Source of the DNA: an uncultured Erysipelothrix sp.
GTDB taxonomy: Bacteria > Bacillota_I > Bacilli_A > Erysipelotrichales > Erysipelotrichaceae
Assembly: GCA_964464075.1 (NCBI GenBank)
Contig: CAYXES010000003.1
Coordinates: 1-26,738, forward strand
Reading direction: 5' to 3'
DNA length: 26,738 nucleotides
The notes under the pieces were generated by a model. That model ran no database searches. It was not told where the DNA came from and saw only the letters and a list, made by a program, of their open reading frames with translations. This document shows, in pieces, positions 11,327-19,119 of the stretch (position 1 is its first letter; each line of letters begins with the position of its first letter). The translations under genes and the position numbers were made by a program.

Positions 11327-11372
11327 AGTTTCACCTCATTGTTAGTTTAGTATAAAATCTACTGATCAAAAC

Positions 11373-11387
11373 GAACAATTGTGTCAC
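11373..11387 (-). promoter_or_regulatory. putative response-regulator box upstream of the ABC genes
   Basis: GAACAATTGTGTCAC (+ strand), 13/15 identical to 13013-13027; -10 TATACT at 11349-11354 on the minus strand. Confidence 0.55.
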
Positions 11388-12340
11388 TATTGAAACCGTT
11401 GAAATTGAAAGGTGAAGGTATTTCCATCCACTAAATATAAATCACCGTCTTGATTCAGCATAATCGCTTTAGCGATCGCTAAACCGATTCCTAAGGTATT
11501 AGAACTAGCTCCCGCTAAGGTGAAGAAACGCTCAAAGATGCGTTCACGATAAACTTTCGCGATCGCATCTCCATCATCGGAAATATGAATCAGGGTGGAT
11601 AGTCCTTGACTGATTGTGGTAATTTCAATCTTGGTTTTGGCATATCGGAGTTTATTTGAAAGCACATTAAGAAGTGCTTCTTGAGATTTACTTACATCAC
11701 AAAGACAAGCACTATCTTCAAGCTCTAAAATAATATCAAGTTTAGCTTCATCAATTAAGGGCTGCATACTCATTAAGGTATCTTCAATAAGGTCAACTAC
11801 TGAAATAGTTTCCAATTTAAAAACCTCGGTTTGTGCTTCGAGTTTGATTAAGCGTAATAATCTATCAATTAGAGTCTTTAAACGCAAGATTTGATAATGG
11901 GATTGATAGACTAAATCGTCCTCTTGATTTTGTAGTTCATTAAGGATCAAAAGGGAAGCCAAGGGAGTTTTAAGCTGATGCGAGATGTCCTCAAGAGCCT
12001 GTTTTAAAAAGTCATGTTGCTGGGTGAGCTTTAAGTTCATGCTTTTTAAATGTACGGTAGTACGATTAAGTTCGGCTTGTAGTTTAGCGAGTTCTCCTTC
12101 TTGATAAGCTTCAATATCATAGGTATAGTCGCCCTCATTAAGCTTTTGGAGAAAGAGCTTAAGATTATTGACCCGCTGTTCCCGTTGATTGAGAAATTGA
12201 ACGATAAAAAGTACCACCATCAAAAAGCTAACCCCAATCCCAAGCAGGGGATGTAGATAGCTAAGTAGTGCCCCAATCACAAATGCAAGTAAGAGTTGAA
12301 CTAATAATTTAAGGTTCTCTTTGTCATTAAGATACTTCAT
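11387..12340 (-). CDS. sensor histidine kinase, intramembrane-sensing type
   Basis: Two adjacent N-terminal TMs with no extracellular loop, H-box ISHQLKTPL, DDG, GIGLAIAK. Confidence 0.92.
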   Translation of the reverse strand: MKYLNDKENLKLLVQLLLAFVIGALLSYLHPLLGIGVSFLMVVLFIVQFLNQREQRVNNLKLFLQKLNEGDYTYDIEAYQEGELAKLQAELNRTTVHLKSMNLKLTQQHDFLKQALEDISHQLKTPLASLLILNELQNQEDDLVYQSHYQILRLKTLIDRLLRLIKLEAQTEVFKLETISVVDLIEDTLMSMQPLIDEAKLDIILELEDSACLCDVSKSQEALLNVLSNKLRYAKTKIEITTISQGLSTLIHISDDGDAIAKVYRERIFERFFTLAGASSNTLGIGLAIAKAIMLNQDGDLYLVDGNTFTFQFQRFQ

Positions 12341-12978
12341 GGTTTTAAGGTATAACCTTTCTTATGGATGGTTTCGATTGTGACATAATCGGCAAGCTTA
12401 GCACGTAAACGACGCATCGCAACATTCAAAGTATTTTCTTGGTAAAGGTCATCTACAATATTTAGGTGGTCATTAAGCATTTGACGGGTGACAATTTGTT
12501 GGGGATGGCGCATCAAGAGTAAGAGAATGCGATATTCCTGGACACTAAGATGAATGACTTCATCTTGATAAGTCACAATTGCATTATGCGTATCGATTTT
12601 TAAATCTTGGAAGTGTAGATAGCCTGCTTGAGAACGTCTAAGTAGAGCATCCATCCGTTTCTTGAGCTCGACTAAGGAAAAAGGCTTGGTGATGTAATCA
12701 TCACCACCACTATCAAAGCCTTGGATAACATTGGCTTCATCATCTTTAGCGGTCAAAAACATTAAAGGGGCGTTAGAAACAGTCCTTAATTTAGTCACAA
12801 AATCATAGCCTAATCCATCACCTAGAGTAATATCGACACAGTAAAAGTCATAGCTAAAGTCCATCATGAGTGCTTCTTGCAGACTAAAAAAGAGACTGGT
12901 TTCATAGCCTTCTTGTTCAAAGTAACGTTTTAAAGCGTACGCTAAGGTACGATCATCTTCAATTAAGGCAATTCTCAT
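12337..12978 (-). CDS. OmpR-family response regulator
   Basis: IALIEDD, phospho-Asp in VDITLGDG, FLTAK, DDYITKPF, winged helix LRAKL..GY. Confidence 0.93.
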   Translation of the reverse strand: MRIALIEDDRTLAYALKRYFEQEGYETSLFFSLQEALMMDFSYDFYCVDITLGDGLGYDFVTKLRTVSNAPLMFLTAKDDEANVIQGFDSGGDDYITKPFSLVELKKRMDALLRRSQAGYLHFQDLKIDTHNAIVTYQDEVIHLSVQEYRILLLLMRHPQQIVTRQMLNDHLNIVDDLYQENTLNVAMRRLRAKLADYVTIETIHKKGYTLKP

Positions 12979-13012
12979 AATCTCATTATAACTGAAATCA
13001 CCTTATTATATG

Positions 13013-13027
13013 GAACAATCCTGTCAC
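13013..13027 (-). promoter_or_regulatory. putative response-regulator box upstream of the RR-HK genes
   Basis: GAACAATCCTGTCAC, second copy of the 11373 motif; TATAAT at 12985-12990 on the minus strand. Confidence 0.55.
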
Positions 13028-13569
13028 ATTTTACGGGCAATCCCAAAGGTGAAGACGCCTTTACGATTGAAGTTTAATTGAAAACCTAAACTTTCAATTA
13101 ACTTATGGCTTTCACGATTGATATTACAGCCATTCGTCATCCTGCTCCAAAGTGGGTTCACAAAATTAAAGATGGGTTTTAAAAAAGAGTGTTGAGCTTG
13201 TTCATGTTCGATGAAAAAATATTGTCCTTGAGGTTTTAAGACCCGCTTAATTTCTAAGATTGCTTTACTTGGATCAGGAATTGAACATAAGGCTAAGCTC
13301 ATAACGATACTATCAAAACTTTCATCTTCAAAGGGTAGGTCTTCCGCGGAAAAAACATGGTAGGTCACCTGATCAAAGTAAGTCATCTTATCATGCACAT
13401 CCAAAGCATCTAGACTCTCTATCTGATTAAAGTTATAGTATTTCATATTGACCCCCGTAGCAAAACCGATTTCTAAAACCTTACCCCGTGCTTGAGGCAT
13501 AAGATTTTTGCGTATCTCATCTAAGATAAGAAGCTCTAAAGGCTTCATAAAGATATCATAGGCTTTCAT
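13024..13569 (-). CDS. class I SAM-dependent methyltransferase
   Basis: Motif I VLEIGFATG, AEDLPFEDESFD, LCSIPDP..RVLKPQG; SD AAGGAG. Confidence 0.88.
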   Translation of the reverse strand: MKAYDIFMKPLELLILDEIRKNLMPQARGKVLEIGFATGVNMKYYNFNQIESLDALDVHDKMTYFDQVTYHVFSAEDLPFEDESFDSIVMSLALCSIPDPSKAILEIKRVLKPQGQYFFIEHEQAQHSFLKPIFNFVNPLWSRMTNGCNINRESHKLIESLGFQLNFNRKGVFTFGIARKM

Positions 13570-13646
13570 AGAGGTCTCCTTAAATTATGCCAATTATAAC
13601 ATGGGTGAATGCATGTGGATTTAATGATGCTTAGCAAGCATATGAT

Positions 13647-13675
13647 TTGCCTTAAGTGTGAGGCAGTTCTACAAT
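13647..13675 (+). promoter_or_regulatory. sigma-A promoter of the CMD/AhpD gene
   Basis: TTGCCT, 17 nt, TACAAT. Confidence 0.6.
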
Positions 13676-13712
13676 TAAATCAGAGAACGATAAGTTCGAT
13701 GGAGGTGAATTC

Positions 13713-14165
13713 GTGGTGAAGAAAACTAATTTCTTTGAGGTTGCCCCAAAAGCAATGAGTAATCTAATTAAGATGGAAGGTTATTTCCAACAGGAATCAA
13801 CCATTGACCCCATTATTAAAGAATTAATTAAGATTAGAGTATCCCAGATTAATGGTTGTGCCTATTGTTTAAATATGCATGCGATTGATGCTTTAAAAAT
13901 AGGTGAAACCCAACAACGTATCTTTTTAACCAGTGCTTGGTGGGAAACAGAACTTTTCACAGCTAAGGAAAAAGCAGTATTGAAACTTGCTGAACATATA
14001 ACCTTAATTAGTGAAAAGGGAGTACCTCATGATTTACTCGAAGAAGTCTTAAGCTTCTTTAGTGAAAAAGAGTTTGTGGATTTGGTATTAATGATTACTC
14101 AAATCAATACCTGGAATCGTATTAATATCGCAACTCATAACGATATTGATAAAGATTATAAGTAA
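13713..14165 (+). CDS. carboxymuconolactone decarboxylase / AhpD-like protein
   Basis: ELIKIRVSQINGCAYCLNMH (CXXC), INTWNR; GTG start with SD GGAGGTG. Confidence 0.9.
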   Translation: MVKKTNFFEVAPKAMSNLIKMEGYFQQESTIDPIIKELIKIRVSQINGCAYCLNMHAIDALKIGETQQRIFLTSAWWETELFTAKEKAVLKLAEHITLISEKGVPHDLLEEVLSFFSEKEFVDLVLMITQINTWNRINIATHNDIDKDYK

Positions 14166-14181
14166 GTTAAGCCTATGGCCA

Positions 14182-14215
14182 AAAAAAGATATACTCATTA
14201 GGGTATATCTTTTTT
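14182..14215 (+). terminator. intrinsic terminator
   Basis: AAAAAAGATATAC / GTATATCTTTTTT stem. Confidence 0.85.
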
Positions 14216-14357
14216 AATGTCTTTTGTCAATTCAAGATTAAGCGATCACTATAATTCAAATCAAGTAATCAATGATTAATATCATTGGATTTTAAGGTGA
14301 AAAATAGTTAAAGATAGTTGATTATGAGGATAATTTTTCATCGTTTTAAACAGAGAG

Positions 14358-14366
14358 TGATATAAT
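14358..14366 (+). promoter_or_regulatory. extended -10 promoter of the gfo-amidohydrolase operon
   Basis: TGATATAAT, followed by SD AGGAGG at 14372. Confidence 0.6.
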
Positions 14367-14382
14367 AAAATAGGAGGCAATC

Positions 14383-15351
14383 ATGAAAAAGATAAGCTAT
14401 GGTATTTTAGGACCCGGTTATATTGCGCCACGATTTGTGGAAGCTGTGAATTTAAGTGATGTTGGGCAGGTAATGGCAGTAGCGTCCCTCACAGAAGGTC
14501 GTGCTTATGAATTTGCCCAGAAGCATGAGATTAAATACCACTATGATAATTATGAAGCTTTAGTTTCTAATCCTTTGATTGATGTCGTTTATATTTCAAC
14601 CCGCCATGATGATCACTACGATCATATTATGCTGGCTTTAAAACATCATAAGCATGTTTTGGTTGAGAAACCCATGGTTTTAAAAGAAGCACAAGCTGTA
14701 GCTTGTTTTGCTTATGCAAAGGCGCAGGGTTTATTTTTGATGGAAGCCCAAAAGATGGTGTTTTTGCCTTTAATTAAGGAATTGAAAAAACAAGTTGATG
14801 CGGGTATTATTGGTGACTTACGTTTAATTGAAACCTCATTCTCTTTTGCGGATCGTTTTGAAACAGGTCATTGGATGATTTCCTTCAAACATGGTGGTGG
14901 TTTATTCGCAACCTCATCCTATGGCTTAAGTTTTTCCCATTACTTTGCCAATAGTAAGCCTGCAAAGATAAGTGCGTTAGCGAGCTTGTATGAAAATAAA
15001 GCTGATCGCTATGGTGTCGCAAGTATCCTCTATGAGAATGGGATTTTAGCTCACACTCGTTTTGGTACGGATGTTGAAACGCGCAATCAAGCCTTTTTAT
15101 ATGGTTCCAAAGGTTATATAAAAATAGATTTATTCTGGAAGAATGACTTTGCGAAATTATTTCTTCATGATGGAACTACTCAGGATATTCAAGTGGATAC
15201 CATCAATGATATGGTATATGAAATCAATCATGTCAATGAGTGTTTAAACAAGGGATTGCTGGAATCACCAACGATGTCGGCCACCTTCACAACTCAATTA
15301 ATCTATGATATGGAAACCATTAAGAATATGATTAGTGAGAATGGAAGCTAG
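14383..15351 (+). CDS. Gfo/Idh/MocA-family NAD(P)-dependent oxidoreductase
   Basis: GILGPGYIA Rossmann start, DVVYIST, HVLVEKP, FLMEA. Confidence 0.9.
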   Translation: MKKISYGILGPGYIAPRFVEAVNLSDVGQVMAVASLTEGRAYEFAQKHEIKYHYDNYEALVSNPLIDVVYISTRHDDHYDHIMLALKHHKHVLVEKPMVLKEAQAVACFAYAKAQGLFLMEAQKMVFLPLIKELKKQVDAGIIGDLRLIETSFSFADRFETGHWMISFKHGGGLFATSSYGLSFSHYFANSKPAKISALASLYENKADRYGVASILYENGILAHTRFGTDVETRNQAFLYGSKGYIKIDLFWKNDFAKLFLHDGTTQDIQVDTINDMVYEINHVNECLNKGLLESPTMSATFTTQLIYDMETIKNMISENGS

Positions 15352-15352
15352 G

Positions 15353-16624
15353 ATGATTTTTGGTTTTGGACAAGTAGAAATTTCTATCAATGAACCCATG
15401 CGTATGGATGGCTATTTTGATCGAGTTCAAGCTTCAAGTGGTATGACCTTTCCTTTAATGAGCACGGCATGTATCATTAAAACAAGCAACCATACATTAG
15501 TGATTATTGGTCTTGATATTTTAGGTGTTGATTTAAATATTACCCAAAAAGTAAAGGCCACGATTAGTAAGAGATATCAAATTGATGAGCAGCATATTAT
15601 TCTTAATGCTTCCCATACTCATGCCTCCTATGCATCCGCTCGTTTTGGAGACTTAGGTGGTTTTTTTGTGTTGGAAGATCCAAATGAACTTGAATTAAGT
15701 TATTATGAGAATTTACCTAATAAGATTGTTGAAAGTGTAGATGTTGCTTTTAAAAATCTTCAAAAGGGAAGCATAAGCTACCAACAATGTACCATCGAAG
15801 GAGTTTCATCCAATCGGGTTAATAAACATAACTCTTTTAATCAGGTAGCGACCATCTTTCATTTTAAGGATGCACAAGATCAGTTAAAAGGAATATGGAC
15901 GATTTTTGCGAATCATCCCACCGTTCTTAATTATACGAATACCCAAGTGTCCAATGACTTTATATCCTATTATCATCAAAAGTTAAAGGAACACTATCCT
16001 GATATCACATGCTTGTATCTTCAAGGTTGTGCAGGCGATATTTCCAGTCGTTTTGTGAAGCAAGATGCCAGTATGGCTCAAGCTCAGATGATTGGGTCAC
16101 AATTCGCAAAGCAAGTGTTAACATGTCAAACCCCTTTAATTCAACTCACAAAGTTAAAAGATATTAAATATAGAGAGTTAATATTTGATGCCCGTAACTT
16201 TAGTGAAGATCTTGATAATCAACTTAAACAAGCTTATGATGCTTATCAAAGTGGTCAAGCCCAGGGTCTTCATCACTATGAATTGCGTAGTTTATATGCA
16301 ACTTATGAAGGCTTTTTGATGGCCAAACAAATTCAAATAAAGTTGAAAGTTCCGACTTTAAAGGCAAGTATGAGTGCCATTGAATGGGAAGAACTCATCC
16401 TCATTACAACTCCCTTTGAAACCTTCACTGGTATTGATATGCAGATTCAAGCCATGAGTTCAAAGGATGTGGTGGTTTTGGGCTATACCAATGGGTATCT
16501 TGGATACTTGGTGGATGAAGCGAATGAAGACAATGAGTTATCTTATGAAAGACAGATGATGGTTATAAAAAAAGACTCCTACAAGCAAGTGCTTGATCAG
16601 AGTCAAAAATTCATTGAAAAGTAA
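15353..16624 (+). CDS. neutral/alkaline ceramidase-like (N-terminal domain family) Zn amidohydrolase
   Basis: ASHTHAS, FANHPT, QGCAGDIS, PFETF, GYTNGYLGY motifs; probable start ATG 15353 just after the gfo stop (the ORF track starts at 15335). Confidence 0.72.
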   Translation: MIFGFGQVEISINEPMRMDGYFDRVQASSGMTFPLMSTACIIKTSNHTLVIIGLDILGVDLNITQKVKATISKRYQIDEQHIILNASHTHASYASARFGDLGGFFVLEDPNELELSYYENLPNKIVESVDVAFKNLQKGSISYQQCTIEGVSSNRVNKHNSFNQVATIFHFKDAQDQLKGIWTIFANHPTVLNYTNTQVSNDFISYYHQKLKEHYPDITCLYLQGCAGDISSRFVKQDASMAQAQMIGSQFAKQVLTCQTPLIQLTKLKDIKYRELIFDARNFSEDLDNQLKQAYDAYQSGQAQGLHHYELRSLYATYEGFLMAKQIQIKLKVPTLKASMSAIEWEELILITTPFETFTGIDMQIQAMSSKDVVVLGYTNGYLGYLVDEANEDNELSYERQMMVIKKDSYKQVLDQSQKFIEK

Positions 16625-16648
16625 AAGGGATGTCAGCGACATCCCTTT
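16624..16648. terminator. bidirectional intrinsic terminator
   Basis: AAAGGGATGTC-AGC-GACATCCCTTT perfect 11-bp stem. Confidence 0.88.
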
Positions 16649-16668
16649 ATTAGCATATAATATGTGGC

Positions 16669-17490
16669 TTAGAAGAAACCAACGAGTGCACCTAATAGAC
16701 CAAGAACTAGGACTAATAAGATACATTTGACTGGTGACCAGCCGCGTTTGATTAGATAGTAAAGCAATAAGGTAATTCCAAGTGGAATTAATTTAGGCAT
16801 AATACCATCTAATACTTCTTGAATAATTACAGGTTCTGCAGCATCTGGGTTTAATACTAATTTAGTAGCAGTACCACCATAAACGGAGGTAAGAGCTCCA
16901 ACAACCATAACCCCCAGAATACTTGCAGCTCTGGTAAATTCTTTAGCGTGTTTGGTTAGTGCATCAATGGCGTTAACACCAAGGTCATATGACCAGTGCA
17001 TCAACCAGTAACGAACCCCGAAGTGAACGATATTGAACATTGCCAAGAATACGAATGGTCCAGCGATGTTGCCTTCAAGTGCTAAGTTAGCACTGATACC
17101 GGCAGCAATTGGAATTAAAGTAAACCAGAAAATAGCATCACCAATACCACCTAGTGGACCCATTGCAGCTACACGTACTGCACGGATGGTTGCGATATCA
17201 GCTTTTTGTTGCTCAAGGGATAAAACGATACCCATAACGAAAGTTACTAGGAATGGGTGAGTATTAAAGAACTCAAGGTTGTGTCCCATAGAAGCAGCTA
17301 AGTCTTCTTTGTCTGTATGAATCTTTTTAAGCCCTGGAATGATTCCATATAACCAACCAGCAGCTTGCATACGTGCGTAGTTAAATGAACCTTGAAGGAA
17401 CAATGAACGCCATGCCATTTGATTCAGTACTTTTTTATCCAGCTTTGCGGCTGGTGTCAAATTTCTGTATTGTTCAACATTAGATGCCAT
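16669..17490 (-). CDS. agaD: PTS mannose-family EIID, GalNAc/galactosamine type (AgaE/AgaD-like)
   Basis: QGSFNYARMQAAG, HNLEFFNTHP, MGPLGGIGDAIFW; start ATG 17490 with GGAGG 8 nt upstream. Confidence 0.88.
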   Translation of the reverse strand: MASNVEQYRNLTPAAKLDKKVLNQMAWRSLFLQGSFNYARMQAAGWLYGIIPGLKKIHTDKEDLAASMGHNLEFFNTHPFLVTFVMGIVLSLEQQKADIATIRAVRVAAMGPLGGIGDAIFWFTLIPIAAGISANLALEGNIAGPFVFLAMFNIVHFGVRYWLMHWSYDLGVNAIDALTKHAKEFTRAASILGVMVVGALTSVYGGTATKLVLNPDAAEPVIIQEVLDGIMPKLIPLGITLLLYYLIKRGWSPVKCILLVLVLGLLGALVGFF

Positions 17491-18274
17491 CAGTGTCGCC
17501 TCCTTGTCCTCCGGACATGCCGGCAATTTTAACATTCATTTGGAAGTCATACACTGCAACAGCGATACCAATTAAAGCAATCGCTAGAAGTGCGGCGCCT
17601 CCAAGCACAGGATCAACAACGTTTGCGATAGCAAATCCCGCAAAGTAGAAGCCCCAGTATTCTTTAGAAAGCATAACTTTCATAAGCACTGCAAATCCTA
17701 CGAAGCGCATCATACCACCAGCAGCACCTAAACCGTCCCAAACCCATTGTGGGAATACTTCGGTTAAGGTTGTACCGATTTGTTGACCGAATAATAAACC
17801 TAAGAATACAACTAAGCCGAATAATAAACCAAGCATAGCCATTGCAAAGTAGTTAAGAAGTTCAATACCTCTTGTGTCAGCTTTTTCAGCCATTTGATCA
17901 GCTTTAGTCATAAGTGGGGACATTACTGTAAATAGTAATACAACAGCTTGTTGTCCCAATAATGCAAATGGAATAGATAATCCAAGTGCTTGTTCTGGAT
18001 CAGTTAGATCCATCGAAATTGCAAATACGGTTGCCATAATTCCACCGATAACGGCGTTAGGTGGTTGTGCACCACCGACTGGCATACTTCCAATCATCAT
18101 TAATTCGTAGGATCCACCAACAATTAAGCCGGTTTGCAAGTCCCCTAGGATTGCCCCTACAATCGGCCCCATAACGATAGGGCGGTAGAATGATTCGAGG
18201 AAGTTGAATTGGTCGATTGCTGCCACGAAGGTAACAAGTACAACCAATAAAATTTGAAACATATTAAATTCCAT
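17480..18274 (-). CDS. agaC: PTS mannose-family EIIC, GalNAc/galactosamine type (AgaW/AgaC-like)
   Basis: RPIVMGPIVGAILGDLQTGLIVGG.YEL, GGAQPPN. Confidence 0.88.
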   Translation of the reverse strand: MEFNMFQILLVVLVTFVAAIDQFNFLESFYRPIVMGPIVGAILGDLQTGLIVGGSYELMMIGSMPVGGAQPPNAVIGGIMATVFAISMDLTDPEQALGLSIPFALLGQQAVVLLFTVMSPLMTKADQMAEKADTRGIELLNYFAMAMLGLLFGLVVFLGLLFGQQIGTTLTEVFPQWVWDGLGAAGGMMRFVGFAVLMKVMLSKEYWGFYFAGFAIANVVDPVLGGAALLAIALIGIAVAVYDFQMNVKIAGMSGGQGGDTDGI

Positions 18275-18293
18275 ACAATTTCATCTCCCTTTC

Positions 18294-18770
18294 TTATTTA
18301 AATAATTTTCCGAGGTTCTCAGCAGATTCGCTAGGAACTTTGCGGATTTCGAGTTCGACACCCAACTCCTGCAAACGCTTAAAAGCAGCTACATCATCAT
18401 CATCAACTGCCACTACAGTTGCGACTTGACGTTTGCCTTCCGCCATATGCATGTTACCGATGTTAACTTTCTTAATGGGAACGCCACCCTCAACCATCTT
18501 TACGACGTCTTGGGGATTATCCACAATAATGAAAATCTTCTGACTATCACTCGCTTTATGAATTACGTTGATTGTTTTTTCAATCGTAAAATAGCGAGTT
18601 TGAGCGTAACTTGGTGCGCTCATGTTCATTAGATTTTGGCGAAAGCTATCGCCGGCGACTTGGTCATTAGCAACCAAAATAAGATTGGCTCCTACAACCG
18701 ATGTCCACTGGGTTGCCACTTGACCGTGTATCAAGCGACTGTCAATTCTGGTAAGAAGTATATTTGGCAC
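18294..18770 (-). CDS. agaV: PTS mannose-family EIIB, AgaV-like
   Basis: MPNILLTRIDSRLIHGQV (phospho-His), NIGNMH; GTG start with SD AAGGAGG. Confidence 0.9.
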   Translation of the reverse strand: MPNILLTRIDSRLIHGQVATQWTSVVGANLILVANDQVAGDSFRQNLMNMSAPSYAQTRYFTIEKTINVIHKASDSQKIFIIVDNPQDVVKMVEGGVPIKKVNIGNMHMAEGKRQVATVVAVDDDDVAAFKRLQELGVELEIRKVPSESAENLGKLFK

Positions 18771-18803
18771 GTCCTCTATCCTCCTTCAGCGTAAACACTT
18801 TTG

Positions 18804-18830
18804 TGTAAACGTTTACCTGCCTTAATTATA
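18804..18830 (-). promoter_or_regulatory. PTS operon promoter -10 with a cre site at the transcription start
   Basis: TATAAT (18825-18830, minus); GGTAAACGTTTACA (18804-18817) matches cre at 13/14 and contains the palindrome GTAAACGTTTAC; no consensus -35. Confidence 0.75.
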
Positions 18831-19119
18831 ACTTACATCATTTTTTTAATATTTATAATTTTCTGTGTTGTATTTGACTTTTTTAGTAATTTTTAAAAAC
18901 AAAATTGACAAATTATGCTTATTTTTGTATTTATGCGTTATAATGATGATAGATAAAGAAATTGTTAATCATTAATAGGTAAGACCAGGAAAAGCATGCT
19001 TTTTTAGTTCAACTCATAAAACATAGTGAAATACATATTAAACGAAGTTTTCTAATTATTCTATGGAAAGGGGGCTATGATTAGGCCGCCATAATCTAAC
19101 CTAATCATACAATATTATC

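Noticed and set aside
8172-12340. BceAB/BceRS-type system in the strict sense
   Set aside because: The permease has a duplicated FtsX/MacB layout rather than the BceB 10-TM layout; only the kinase type and DNA box are Bce-like
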